From Acidimicrobiia bacterium (GTDB lineage: Bacteria > Actinomycetota > Acidimicrobiia > IMCC26256 > PALSA-610), in contig JAOSJK010000012.1 of the NCBI GenBank assembly GCA_027494135.1, positions 546,795 to 610,794 on the forward strand: a stretch of 64,000 nt of DNA, read 5' to 3'. The notes beneath the pieces were generated by a model. The model saw only the letters and a list, made by a program, of their open reading frames with translations, was not told where the DNA came from and did not search any database. Made by a program: the position numbers and the translations under genes. The stretch's first letter is position 1, and every line of letters starts with the position of its first letter. Below are positions 39,533 to 48,720 of this stretch, in pieces.

Positions 39533-42244
39533 ATGGCCGTCGAGTACCCGGCTGAGTGGGAGGCCGATGTCGTGCTCTCCGACGGCGGGACGGTCCGCCT
39601 GCGGCCGATCCTCCCCGACGACGACGCTCGCCTGCTCGGGCTCTACGAGCGTCTCTCCGACGAGTCCCTCTACCTCAGGTTCTTCTCTCCCGTCCCCAGG
39701 CCGACAGCGCGCCAGCTCGAGCGCCTCAGCCGCGCCGACTACCGCGATCACATGGCACTCGTCGCGCTCCTCGGCGACGACATGGTCGCGGTCGCCCGCT
39801 ACGACCTGGTCGGCGAGGGGGAGGCCGAGGTGGCGTTCACCGTCGACGACTCACAGCAGGGGCGCGGCCTCGGAACCGTGATGCTCGAGCACCTGGCGGT
39901 GATCGCGAGATCACACGGGATCGGGCGGTTCGTCGCCGACATCCTTCCTTCCAACCGCCGGATGCTCGACGTCTTCCGCAACGCCGGGTTCGAGCTCGAC
40001 CGCTCCTTCGAGTCCGGCAACATAAAGGTCGCATTCTCGATCGAGCCGACCGACGCCTCGATCGCAGCGGTCCGCATCCGCGAGCACCACTCCGAGGCAG
40101 CCTCGATCGCGCGCCTCCTCGCCCCTCGCTCCATCGCCGTCGTGGGAGCGGGACGCAGGAGCGGCTCGATCGGTCACGAGGTTTTCCGCAACCTGCTGCA
40201 GTACGGCTTCGAGGGTCCCGTGTACCCGGTCAACCCGGCCACCAACCATGTCGCCGGCGTTCGCGCGTTCGACTCGGTGCTGTCCGTGCCCGACGATGTC
40301 GATCTGGTAGTCGTCACGGTCCCGTCCGCTGCCGTCCGATCGGTGGTCGAGCAGTGCGCTCAGAAGCACGTCCACGGCCTAGTGATCATCTCGGCCGGCT
40401 TCGCCGAGCTCGGGGCCTCCGGCAAGGTTCAGGAGCGCGAGCTGGTCGCGTTCGCGCGCCGACACGGGATGAGGATCATCGGCCCCAACTGCCTCGGTAT
40501 CGCGAACACTGCTCCGAGCGTGCGCATGCACGCGACGTTCGCACCCTTCGCACCTTCGCCCGGGCGGGTGGCCTTCCTCTCCCAGTCGGGAGGGCTCGGC
40601 ATCGAGCTGATGGCACGCGCCGGCCAGCTCGGGCTCGGCATCTCGTCGTTCGTCTCGGTGGGCAACAAGTCCGACGTGAGCGGAAACGACCTGCTCCAGC
40701 ACTGGGACGAGGATCCCGAGACCGACGTGATCCTGCTGTACCTGGAGTCGTTCGGGAACCCGCGCAAGTTCTCCCGCCTCGCCCGGAGGATCGCGCGCCG
40801 GAAGCCGATCGTCGCCGTCAAGAGCGGTAGGACCGTCGCCGGCACTCTCGCGGCCACCTCTCACACGGCCGCCATGGCAGCCCCCGACGCGGCCGTCGAG
40901 GCGCTCTTCCACCAGGCGGGCGTCATCCGGGTCGACACGCTCGAGCAGCTCTTCGACACGGCGCAGGTGCTAGCACACCAGCCGCTCCCGCCCGGGCGGC
41001 GCGTCGCGATCATCGGAAACGCCGGCGGCCCCGGGATACTCGCTGCCGACGCATGCGAGGCAGCCGGGCTCGAGGTCCCGGAGCTCAGCGCGGCGACGCA
41101 GGAGGCTCTGCGCTCGTTCGTCGCCGAGGGGGCGGCCGTCCGCAATCCGGTAGACCTCGTCGCCGCCGCGAGTCCCGAGCACTTCGGCGGAGCCATGCGG
41201 GCGATCCTCGCCGACGACTCGGTTGACGCCGTACTCGCGATCTTCGTCCCACCGCTCGTGACCCGCGCCGACGACGTGGCTGCAGCGCTCGCCGATGCGG
41301 CGGCTGCGGGAGCCGGCGACAAGCCCGTGGTCGCCTGCTTCCTGGCTCTCGGAACGGCCCCCGAAGCATTCCGCGGCGGCGACGACCGGCGCCCGATCCC
41401 TACGTTCCCGTTCCCCGAGAGCGCCGCTCAGGCCCTGGGCAGGGCAGCCGATCTCGCCGACTGGAGGCGCCGCCCCGAGGGCATTGTCCCCGAGCTCGAA
41501 GGCATCGACGCCGAGAGGGCGCGCCTGCTCGTGGATGGGCTCCTCGCCGGCGCCGGACCCGAGGGCCTCTGGCTCTCGCCCGACGACGCGCTCGCGATAT
41601 GCAATGCGTACGGGATCCCCGTCGCGGAGGCACGCCGGGTCTCGACCGCCGACGACGCCGTTGCCGCGGCGGCCGCTCTCGGATACCCCGTAGCACTGAA
41701 GGCGGCATCCCCCGAGCTCGTACACAAGAGCGACGTGGGCGGCGTGGCGCTCGATCTGCTCGACGCCGACGAGGTCCGGTCGGCGTTCGAGGAGATGGCC
41801 ACTGCGCTCGGCGATTCCATGGGCGGAGCGACGGTCCAGGCGATGGCGCCTCCGGGTGTCGAGACGATCGTAGGCGTAGTTCACAACGCCTCCTTCGGCT
41901 CGCTCGTCCTGTTCGGTCTCGGCGGCACCACCGCTGAGCTGCTCGGCGACACCGCACTGCGGATCCTCCCCCTGACAGACGGCGACGCTCACGACCTGGT
42001 CAGGTCGCTGCGCGGCTCACCTCTGCTCTTCGGCTACCGCGGCTCCCCACTCGTCGACGTAGCTGCGCTGGAAGACCTGCTCCTGCGTGTCGGCCGGCTC
42101 GCAGACGACCTCCCCGAGGTGGCCGAGATGGACGCGAACCCGGTGATCGCGTCGGAGCGCGGGGTCATCGCGGTCGACGTCAAGATGCGCCTGAAAGGTG
42201 TCGTTGCCGCTCTGCCACCCGACCTCCGACGCATGCGCTCGTAG
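39533..42244 (+). CDS. GNAT acetyltransferase fused to an NDP-forming acyl-CoA synthetase-like (CoA-binding + ATP-grasp) region; Pat-type protein acetyltransferase with the GNAT at the N-terminus
   Basis: Intact 903 aa. It has N-terminal GNAT motifs (QQGRGLGTVMLEHL), then a CoA-binding region (SIAVVGAGR...) and a C-terminal ATP-grasp. Confidence 0.75.
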   Translation: MAVEYPAEWEADVVLSDGGTVRLRPILPDDDARLLGLYERLSDESLYLRFFSPVPRPTARQLERLSRADYRDHMALVALLGDDMVAVARYDLVGEGEAEVAFTVDDSQQGRGLGTVMLEHLAVIARSHGIGRFVADILPSNRRMLDVFRNAGFELDRSFESGNIKVAFSIEPTDASIAAVRIREHHSEAASIARLLAPRSIAVVGAGRRSGSIGHEVFRNLLQYGFEGPVYPVNPATNHVAGVRAFDSVLSVPDDVDLVVVTVPSAAVRSVVEQCAQKHVHGLVIISAGFAELGASGKVQERELVAFARRHGMRIIGPNCLGIANTAPSVRMHATFAPFAPSPGRVAFLSQSGGLGIELMARAGQLGLGISSFVSVGNKSDVSGNDLLQHWDEDPETDVILLYLESFGNPRKFSRLARRIARRKPIVAVKSGRTVAGTLAATSHTAAMAAPDAAVEALFHQAGVIRVDTLEQLFDTAQVLAHQPLPPGRRVAIIGNAGGPGILAADACEAAGLEVPELSAATQEALRSFVAEGAAVRNPVDLVAAASPEHFGGAMRAILADDSVDAVLAIFVPPLVTRADDVAAALADAAAAGAGDKPVVACFLALGTAPEAFRGGDDRRPIPTFPFPESAAQALGRAADLADWRRRPEGIVPELEGIDAERARLLVDGLLAGAGPEGLWLSPDDALAICNAYGIPVAEARRVSTADDAVAAAAALGYPVALKAASPELVHKSDVGGVALDLLDADEVRSAFEEMATALGDSMGGATVQAMAPPGVETIVGVVHNASFGSLVLFGLGGTTAELLGDTALRILPLTDGDAHDLVRSLRGSPLLFGYRGSPLVDVAALEDLLLRVGRLADDLPEVAEMDANPVIASERGVIAVDVKMRLKGVVAALPPDLRRMRS

Positions 42245-42269
42245 CACCTGCGTCGAGGCCCGTCCGCGG

Positions 42270-42330
42270 TGCGCACCGATGTGTGCTCCCGCGCACCGAC
42301 CTGCACTCCGCGCGCACGGACTTGCGCTCC
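42270..42330. repeat. Three imperfect ~20-bp direct repeats (GCGCACCGAnnTGnnCTCC)
   Basis: GCGCAC starts at 42271, 42291 and 42312. The repeats lie 40-100 bp upstream of the rhomboid start. Confidence 0.6.
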
Positions 42331-42371
42331 GCACGCTCGGCTCCGCCACCACCTACTACCTTGTGCACGCC

Positions 42372-43190
42372 ATGGCGACCTGCTTCCACCACACCGGCCG
42401 CGAGACGGGTCGCAGCTGCACCAGATGCGGGCGCCCCGCCTGCGCCGACTGCCTGCGACAGGCATCTGTGGGGTCCCACTGCTTCGAGTGCGTCCGGGAG
42501 GCGCAGCCTCCACGGAGCGAGCGGCTGCGCCGGCAGTGGCGCTCTGCCGACATCCTCGGTGCCAAGATCCTCATCGCGACGAACATCGTCGCCTACCTGG
42601 CGCTGAACTTCACCGGTGGCGGCAACCCCATGCGAGGTAGCTCCGCGAGCGTCGACTGGGCCCTCTTCGGACCCGCAGTTCACGACGGCGAGTGGTACCG
42701 GCTGGTCACCTCGGGCTTCGTGCACTACGGGCTGCTCCACATCGCCATGAACATGTACATCCTCTACATCGTCGCTCTCGCTCTCGAGCGGAGCGCAGGC
42801 ACGGCGCGCTTCCTCCTCATCTACGCCGTCTCGCTCCTGGCGGGGTCATTCGGCGCACTCCTCCTCGACCCGCTGGCGCTGACCGGTGGCGCCTCGGGCG
42901 CCGTCTTCGGCGTCGCCGCCGCCACCACCGTCGCCATGCACTCGCGGGGGGTCCGCTTCATGGACACCGGCTTCGGGCCGCTCCTGCTCATCAACGTGGT
43001 GCTGTCCTTCGCGATCCCGCAGGTCTCGATCGGCGGTCACCTGGGAGGCCTCGTGGGCGGAGCCGCGGCGGGCTACGCAGTGCTCCACCCCCGCGCTACG
43101 GCGCGCACCGCGGCGGCCGGTATCGCAGCGATCGCGATGATCTCCCTGTTGGGCTCCGTGTGGGCTGCTGCGAGACCTACCCTCGGCTGA
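42372..43190 (+). CDS. Rhomboid-family intramembrane serine protease with an N-terminal zinc-ribbon
   Basis: ATG at 42372. It has an N-terminal CTRCGRPACADC...CFEC, then WYRLVTSGFVH, the catalytic GASGAVFG and a downstream GGHLGGL. Confidence 0.85.
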   Translation: MATCFHHTGRETGRSCTRCGRPACADCLRQASVGSHCFECVREAQPPRSERLRRQWRSADILGAKILIATNIVAYLALNFTGGGNPMRGSSASVDWALFGPAVHDGEWYRLVTSGFVHYGLLHIAMNMYILYIVALALERSAGTARFLLIYAVSLLAGSFGALLLDPLALTGGASGAVFGVAAATTVAMHSRGVRFMDTGFGPLLLINVVLSFAIPQVSIGGHLGGLVGGAAAGYAVLHPRATARTAAAGIAAIAMISLLGSVWAAARPTLG

Positions 43191-43196
43191 GCCCGC

Positions 43197-44445
43197 CTAG
43201 GGCGCGCTGAGCGGGATGAGCTCGACCTCACCGGTGTCGTCGTCCTCGCTGAACCGGAAGCCGCAGAGCTCCGCGAGGTGCGGCCGCCCCTCGCACGGAC
43301 CCGACCCCACGATCTCGTCACCTGAGCGCAGCTCGACCGCGCCGCGTGGCCGGTACGTGTACCTGCCCCCACGCCGCAGAGCCAGCAGCTGGAACCCGGT
43401 GTCGTCGCCGAGCTGGTCCCCGGTGACTCGGGCGCCGTCGAACGGCGATGCCGGGGCAACGGGGAACCTGACGATCACCTCGTCGGCCTCGCCGAGAGCC
43501 ACCGCGAGGACCGGGTGCATCTCCTCACCCTGCTCGACCAGCCAGACCATCTGCTGAGCGGCGTCGCCGATCTCCTCGGCCGCTCCGCCGAGGCGCAGTA
43601 GCCCTCGGAGCTGCGCCGGATCGATGGTCTCGGCAGCCGCGCGGAGCACCCAGAGCTCCAGGCGCTCGCGCATCTCGTCGAGCCGGTCCTCCAGGTAGGT
43701 CACCTCAGCAGCGAGGCTCTGGTCGTTGAAGAGCAGCGCCGAGTACGCGAGGCCCACCGCTGCGTCCGGAGAAGTTCTTCATCTCTACCAGCACGTCGAC
43801 GGCACGGTCGAGATCGCTGATAGCCGGCTGCTCCTCGACCGTTGCCGCGCTCCACTCGGGGGCCCCGGCGAGAGAGCGCACCTCCGGTATCCCCACCGCC
43901 GCCCCCCTCAGGATCAGCACGTCGTCGGGCAGGAACACGTCGTCGCCGTCGGGATCGATCATCCAGTCCTTCGCTCGACGGATCGCCACGACTCGCAGGC
44001 CCGTGTCGGTCGGCAGCTCCACGTCTGCGAGCGACCGGTGAGCGAGAGCCGACTCCTCGCGGACCCTCACCCGGTGCGAGACCTCCTTGGCCGCTGCGAG
44101 GTCGGCTACGAGCGCACCCGGGATGCCGAGGTCGTGCGTGACGATGTGGGCGATGTCGACGGCGGCGTTGCCCATCCGCTCGATGGCCGAGACCAGGTGC
44201 AGGACTCCTGAGATCCGCTCGGCGTCGCGCGGCGAGCGACCCGCCAGCACGCAGACCTCGCGCATCTCGTGGACCAGCGAAGTGAGGCGCTCCTCGAGCT
44301 CGAGCACCTCCTCGGCCATGACGCCGTCGGAGAAGAACAGGGCGGCGTAGCCGAGGTCCACCATCAGCTCGGAGGCGTCCTTGGCCTCCGAGAGCATGGC
44401 CTTCAGGTTGCGGGGTCGCTCGTCCATGTCCTTCGGGATGCGCAT
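43197..44445 (-). pseudogene. Tandem PhoU-like + TrkA-C (RCK_C) regulatory protein; one frame break
   Basis: ATG at 44445, 5 nt after the MgtE-like stop. The first module is in ORF 43705..45183 and the second (MGLAYSALLFND...) in ORF 43197..43757. The break is near 43760. Confidence 0.7.
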
Positions 44446-44450
44446 CGGGA

Positions 44451-45686
44451 TCAGGTCAAGCCCAGGATCACCAGCGACAGCATAAGCGCGATGGCACCGA
44501 GCAGATCCGAGGCGGAAGAGACGATGGGGATGCCGAAGTTGTCGGGGTCCAGGCCGAGGCGGTACGTGACGACCGCCCCGAAGTAGCCGGCCAGGCCCGC
44601 GAGCGTCGTGGCGAGCAGGCCGGCCAGAACCGTCGCCTCCACGACGTCGACCCACCCGGGTGTCGCCATCGAGAGGACCTCTCCGAGCGACGCGGCGGCG
44701 AGTCCGAGGACGGTGAAGACGGCACCCGCCAAGAGGTAGACGAGGACCACATCCTCGGCGATCGGCCTCAGGCTGAACCGGTGCGGATCGATCAGGCCGA
44801 GGTGGAGCTTGCTCGAGAGCCGGGAGGCGAGGATCCCCGCCAGCGAGCCCGAGAGCGAGAGAAGGGGCGGGACCAGCACCAGGAGCACCGGGTACAGCAG
44901 GAGTGGCTCGAGGCGCCCGTCGAGCGTGAGTCCGGCGAGCATGCTCACGAGCCCCGCCACGAACAGCACAGAGACCGACTCGCGCACGATGCTCCGCAGC
45001 ATCGGCATCCTGCTGCGCATGCCGCGCACGAGGCTCACGACCCCCGCCACCGCGCAGAGGACGGCGAGGATCGGCGTCACCCCGTCGACGGAGACCAGGT
45101 TCGTGGCCAGGAACAGGCTCGGCAGGGTGACGGTGTCGGCCGCCGCGGTCACGACCGGCGCGGTGACGTTGTCGAGGTCCCACTCGCGCCTGACGCTCAG
45201 CGCCGTGATCCCGACGGTGATGCCCATGACCACCGCTATCGGGATCAGCCCACCGATCACCGATACGACCACGAAGTCGGCGATAGAGATCGACTCGTGA
45301 ACGCCGAAGGCGGCGGCAAACCCCTTGGCCGCCACCGCCAGGAGAAGAGCGAGCGCCATGGAGAGCAGCACCGCCGCCTCGAGGTTCTGACCGACGAGCG
45401 TCTCTCGCCTGCGCGACAGCCGGAACGCGCCCGTGTGCGCCGCCGTGCCGAGACGGCTGCCGAGCGCACCGAAGACGTTGCCGCGCATCCCCACAGCCGC
45501 GGGCACCAGGAGAAGCAGGCCGGGAAGCCGGTCGAGCGTGCCCGTGATCGAGCCGAGCGTGACCCCGGCTATGAGCCCCGTTGCCGTGGAGACGAGGAGC
45601 GCGCCGAAGCCGGCGCGGAACCCCGCAGGGTCCGCGCGCAGGAGCGCGACGAGGCGCGCGACGATGCGTCGAGAAAGGCGCAGCAT
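44451..45686 (-). CDS. Divalent-cation (MgtE/SLC41-like) transporter with a duplicated membrane domain
   Basis: Intact 411 aa with two internally similar halves, each ending in a DLDN/DPDN-type motif (REWDLDNVTAPVV / LGLDPDNFGIPIV). Confidence 0.7.
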   Translation of the reverse strand: MLRLSRRIVARLVALLRADPAGFRAGFGALLVSTATGLIAGVTLGSITGTLDRLPGLLLLVPAAVGMRGNVFGALGSRLGTAAHTGAFRLSRRRETLVGQNLEAAVLLSMALALLLAVAAKGFAAAFGVHESISIADFVVVSVIGGLIPIAVVMGITVGITALSVRREWDLDNVTAPVVTAAADTVTLPSLFLATNLVSVDGVTPILAVLCAVAGVVSLVRGMRSRMPMLRSIVRESVSVLFVAGLVSMLAGLTLDGRLEPLLLYPVLLVLVPPLLSLSGSLAGILASRLSSKLHLGLIDPHRFSLRPIAEDVVLVYLLAGAVFTVLGLAAASLGEVLSMATPGWVDVVEATVLAGLLATTLAGLAGYFGAVVTYRLGLDPDNFGIPIVSSASDLLGAIALMLSLVILGLT

Positions 45687-45767
45687 GTCGGACTCGGAGG
45701 CTCAGCCATCCCCTCTCCTTCGATCGGCAAGGCTACCGCCTCACCTCTCACCGGTACGCTGACCCTC

Positions 45768-46658
45768 ATGGACACGGCGCCACCTCTCGAGTGCCGCGGC
45801 GTCGTCAAGCACTTCGGACCGGTCGTCGCTCTCGGCGGCGTCGATCTCTCGCTGCGGGCAGGATCGGTCACGGGCTTCCTCGGTCCGAACGGGGCGGGCA
45901 AGACCACGCTCCTGCGGATCGCAGCGGGCCTGCTGCACGCGACCAGCGGCGAGGTGCTCGTCTTCGGATCCAGATCCGACCGCCCCGAGTCGCGTCGCGG
46001 GGTCGGCTACCTCCCGGCCGACCCCGTCTTCTATCCGTCGCTGACCGGAAGGCAGAACCTCGATCTCCTGGCACGCCTGCAGGGCGAGGGCTCGCGAGAC
46101 CGCATCGAGGCGTGCGAGCGTCTCGGGCTCGCCGGCGACGTTCTCGACCGCGCCGCTGGTACGTACTCGTCGGGGATGCGGCAGAAGCTCGGAATCGTCC
46201 AGGCGGTGCAGCACCGGCCGGGCTTGGTGATCCTCGACGAGCCTGCCAACCGGCTCGACCCGATGTCGCACCGCGCATTCGAGTCCCTGGTGCGCGACGT
46301 CGTCGCGTCGGGCCGCTCCGTCCTCCTGTCGTCCCATACCCTGTCCGAGGTCGAGGAGGTCTGCGACACCGTCACGATGATCGACTCGGGACGGATCCTC
46401 CTCGACGCCGACGCCCGCGACCTGACGGCGCACGCGCTGCGGCAGGTCACCGTCCGGTACCGGACGACGCCTCCTCCGCCCCCCGAAGGCCTCACAGACG
46501 TGCACGTCGCCGCGAACCGGATCGAGGCACGGCTCCCGGCCGGTCGCCCCGACGTCCTGCGAGCCCTCCTGGAGGACCCCGACGTCGAGGACCTGACCGT
46601 GGAGCCCGCACGCCTCGAAGACGTCTTCTTCGACCTCTACAGGCGCGACGGCCGATGA
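45768..46658 (+). CDS. ABC transporter ATP-binding protein
   Basis: ATG at 45768 within ORF 44781..46658. Walker A GPNGAGKTT, signature YSSGMRQK, Walker B LVILDEP. Confidence 0.9.
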   Translation: MDTAPPLECRGVVKHFGPVVALGGVDLSLRAGSVTGFLGPNGAGKTTLLRIAAGLLHATSGEVLVFGSRSDRPESRRGVGYLPADPVFYPSLTGRQNLDLLARLQGEGSRDRIEACERLGLAGDVLDRAAGTYSSGMRQKLGIVQAVQHRPGLVILDEPANRLDPMSHRAFESLVRDVVASGRSVLLSSHTLSEVEEVCDTVTMIDSGRILLDADARDLTAHALRQVTVRYRTTPPPPPEGLTDVHVAANRIEARLPAGRPDVLRALLEDPDVEDLTVEPARLEDVFFDLYRRDGR

Positions 46659-47491
46659 CGATTCTGCGCATGCGACCCGATCGTCCGACCGTCCGCCTGC
46701 TCGTCTCGGCGGAGGTGCGGCAGCGGCGCCGGACGATAGCGTCGCTCGCGGTCGGGACGTTCGTATTCCTGCTCGCGATCGCCGGCACATACGAGGCATT
46801 CGGCGGCGCAGCCGGCCTCGGACGCGCGTTCGGCGCCCAGACGCCATCGTTCTTCTCCGCGTTCGCCGGTGCCCGCGATGCCGACATCTTCGCGCCCGCC
46901 AGCTTCGTGGCCTTCGGGTTCGCACACCCCTTGTTCCTCGTGCTCACCCTCACCGTGGGCATCGGATCCGGTACGGCGTCGGTGGCCGGAGACGTCGAGT
47001 CGGGTCGCTCCGAGATGCTCTACACGCGACCGCTGCGAAGAACGGCGATCCTCGATGCCAGGGTCCTGTTCTGGCTCGCGGCGCAGACCGCCGTCGTGAC
47101 AGCCGGCGTGGCGGGCTCCTATCTGGGGACCCGCCTCTCGCCGGATCTCCACGACGTCGGCATCGCGGCCATCGCGCGCGTCGGTACGCAGTACATGCCC
47201 CTCGCACTCTTCCTGGGCGCCACATCGTTCGCTGCCTCCGCATTCGCTCGGACTCGCGGGCAGGCACTCGGCATCGCGATTGGCGTCTCCTCGCTCACCT
47301 ATCTGGTCAACTTCATAGCGCTGCTCTGGAAACCGCTGGCATGGACACAGCGCCTCTCGCCGTTCGGCTACTACGTCCCGCTCCGGTCGGTCGAGAGATT
47401 CGACGCGGCGGCGGCGCTGGTGCTGATCGCCGGGACGGCACTCCTCCTGATCGCAGCGCGGAGACGGCTGGAGCGACGCGACCTCGTCTGA
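46655..47491 (+). CDS. ABC-2-type transporter permease
   Basis: ATGA overlap with the ATPase stop at 46655. The 278-aa product has six hydrophobic segments. Confidence 0.75.
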   Translation: MTILRMRPDRPTVRLLVSAEVRQRRRTIASLAVGTFVFLLAIAGTYEAFGGAAGLGRAFGAQTPSFFSAFAGARDADIFAPASFVAFGFAHPLFLVLTLTVGIGSGTASVAGDVESGRSEMLYTRPLRRTAILDARVLFWLAAQTAVVTAGVAGSYLGTRLSPDLHDVGIAAIARVGTQYMPLALFLGATSFAASAFARTRGQALGIAIGVSSLTYLVNFIALLWKPLAWTQRLSPFGYYVPLRSVERFDAAAALVLIAGTALLLIAARRRLERRDLV

Positions 47492-47563
47492 CGCACTCGC
47501 CGTGCAGCGGCGGAGCTCTCTGGGGGCGGGGCCGGCGCGTTTCGACTCTCGGACCACGCCCCC

Positions 47564-47613
47564 GGGACCTTGGACCCTGCCCGTCGGAGCCGCAACGCCC
47601 GAACCTTGGAGTC
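47564..47613. promoter_or_regulatory. Two related 14-bp boxes (GGGACCTTGGACCC and CGAACCTTGGAGTC) upstream of carbamate kinase
   Basis: Boxes at 47564-47577 and 47600-47613, 36 bp apart, in a 233-bp gap. The reverse complement of the first, GGGTCCAAGGTCCC, shares GGGTCCAA and the following GTC with box B and resembles the DosR core GGGAC-N4-GTCCC. Confidence 0.4.
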
Positions 47614-47724
47614 TCGCGAATTCTGGATTCCGTCCGAGGAGCTCCGAGTGGCCCATCCATCCCGCGCGGGTCATGCACAGGAGTCGCGGCGATGGACCGG
47701 TGAGCGTCGGCGCCCGGGGCCCCG

Positions 47725-48645
47725 ATGCTCGTAGTCGTGGCACTCGGCGGCAACGCCCTGCCGCGGCGAGGCGAGGCACCCGAGGCCGGCACCCCGCTCA
47801 CGAACGTACGGCACGCCGTCGCGGCGATCGCCGAGGTGGCGTCCGGACACCGTGTGGTCGTCACCCACGGCAACGGTCCCCAGATCGGCCTCCTGGCGCT
47901 GCAGAGCGAGGCGAACCGTGATCTCCGCGCGTACCCACTCGACATCCTCGGAGCCGAGACCGAGGGGATGATCGGCTACATGATCGAGCAGGAGCTCGGC
48001 AACACCGTGCCCGGTCGAAGGGTGGCGTCGATCCTGACCCAGGTCGTGGTCGACGTGATGGACCCGGCCTTCCGTGCTCCGACGAAGCCGATCGGCCCGG
48101 TCTATCGCGAGGCCGAGGCGAGGAGGCTCGCCGCCGAACGCGGATGGCACGTGGCGGCCGCGGGAGACGGCTGGCGGCGGGTTGTCGCCTCACCGACACC
48201 GCGGGCAATCGTGGAGCTCGCGGCCATCCGGATCCTCCTCGACGCCGGTGCGCTGGTCGTCTGCGCCGGCGGTGGTGGCATCCCGGTCGTCGTCGACTCG
48301 CACGGAGCCCGCCACGGGGTCGAGGCGGTCATCGACAAGGACCGGTCGTCGGCCCTTCTCGCCCGCGGGCTCGGCGCCGACGCACTGCTGCTCCTGACCG
48401 ACGTTCCCGCGGTAATGCGGCACTGGGGCACACCCGACGCCCATCCGATCCCGTCGGCCACCGCCGACGATCTCAGGTCGCTGCAGCTCGATCCCGGCTC
48501 CATGGGGCCGAAGGCCTCGGCCGCCGCCTGGTTCGCAGCCACCACCGGGGGGTTCGCGGGCATCGGCGCGATCGACGACGCCTCCGAGATCATCCACGGT
48601 CGCGCGGGAACCGTGGTCGAGGCGGTCGTTCCCGAGCACGTATGA
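47725..48645 (+). CDS. arcC: Carbamate kinase
   Basis: Intact 306 aa. Motifs: VVALGGNAL, THGNGPQIG, GGGGIPVV, IDKDRSSALLA. Confidence 0.9.
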   Translation: MLVVVALGGNALPRRGEAPEAGTPLTNVRHAVAAIAEVASGHRVVVTHGNGPQIGLLALQSEANRDLRAYPLDILGAETEGMIGYMIEQELGNTVPGRRVASILTQVVVDVMDPAFRAPTKPIGPVYREAEARRLAAERGWHVAAAGDGWRRVVASPTPRAIVELAAIRILLDAGALVVCAGGGGIPVVVDSHGARHGVEAVIDKDRSSALLARGLGADALLLLTDVPAVMRHWGTPDAHPIPSATADDLRSLQLDPGSMGPKASAAAWFAATTGGFAGIGAIDDASEIIHGRAGTVVEAVVPEHV

Positions 48646-48661
48646 CCGCCGCCCCTGAACC

Positions 48662-48708
48662 CTGTTTGGACCTCAGCGGAGCCATAGCGACCAGATCCGT
48701 CCAAACAG
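48662..48708. terminator. 10-bp inverted repeat (CTGTTTGGAC / GTCCAAACAG) with a 27-nt spacer between convergent arcC and dnaE2
   Basis: Arms at 48662-48671 and 48699-48708. The long loop makes it a weak terminator candidate. Both arms contain GTCCAAA, as does box B. Confidence 0.3.
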
Positions 48709-48720
48709 TGTTGAGGGGGG

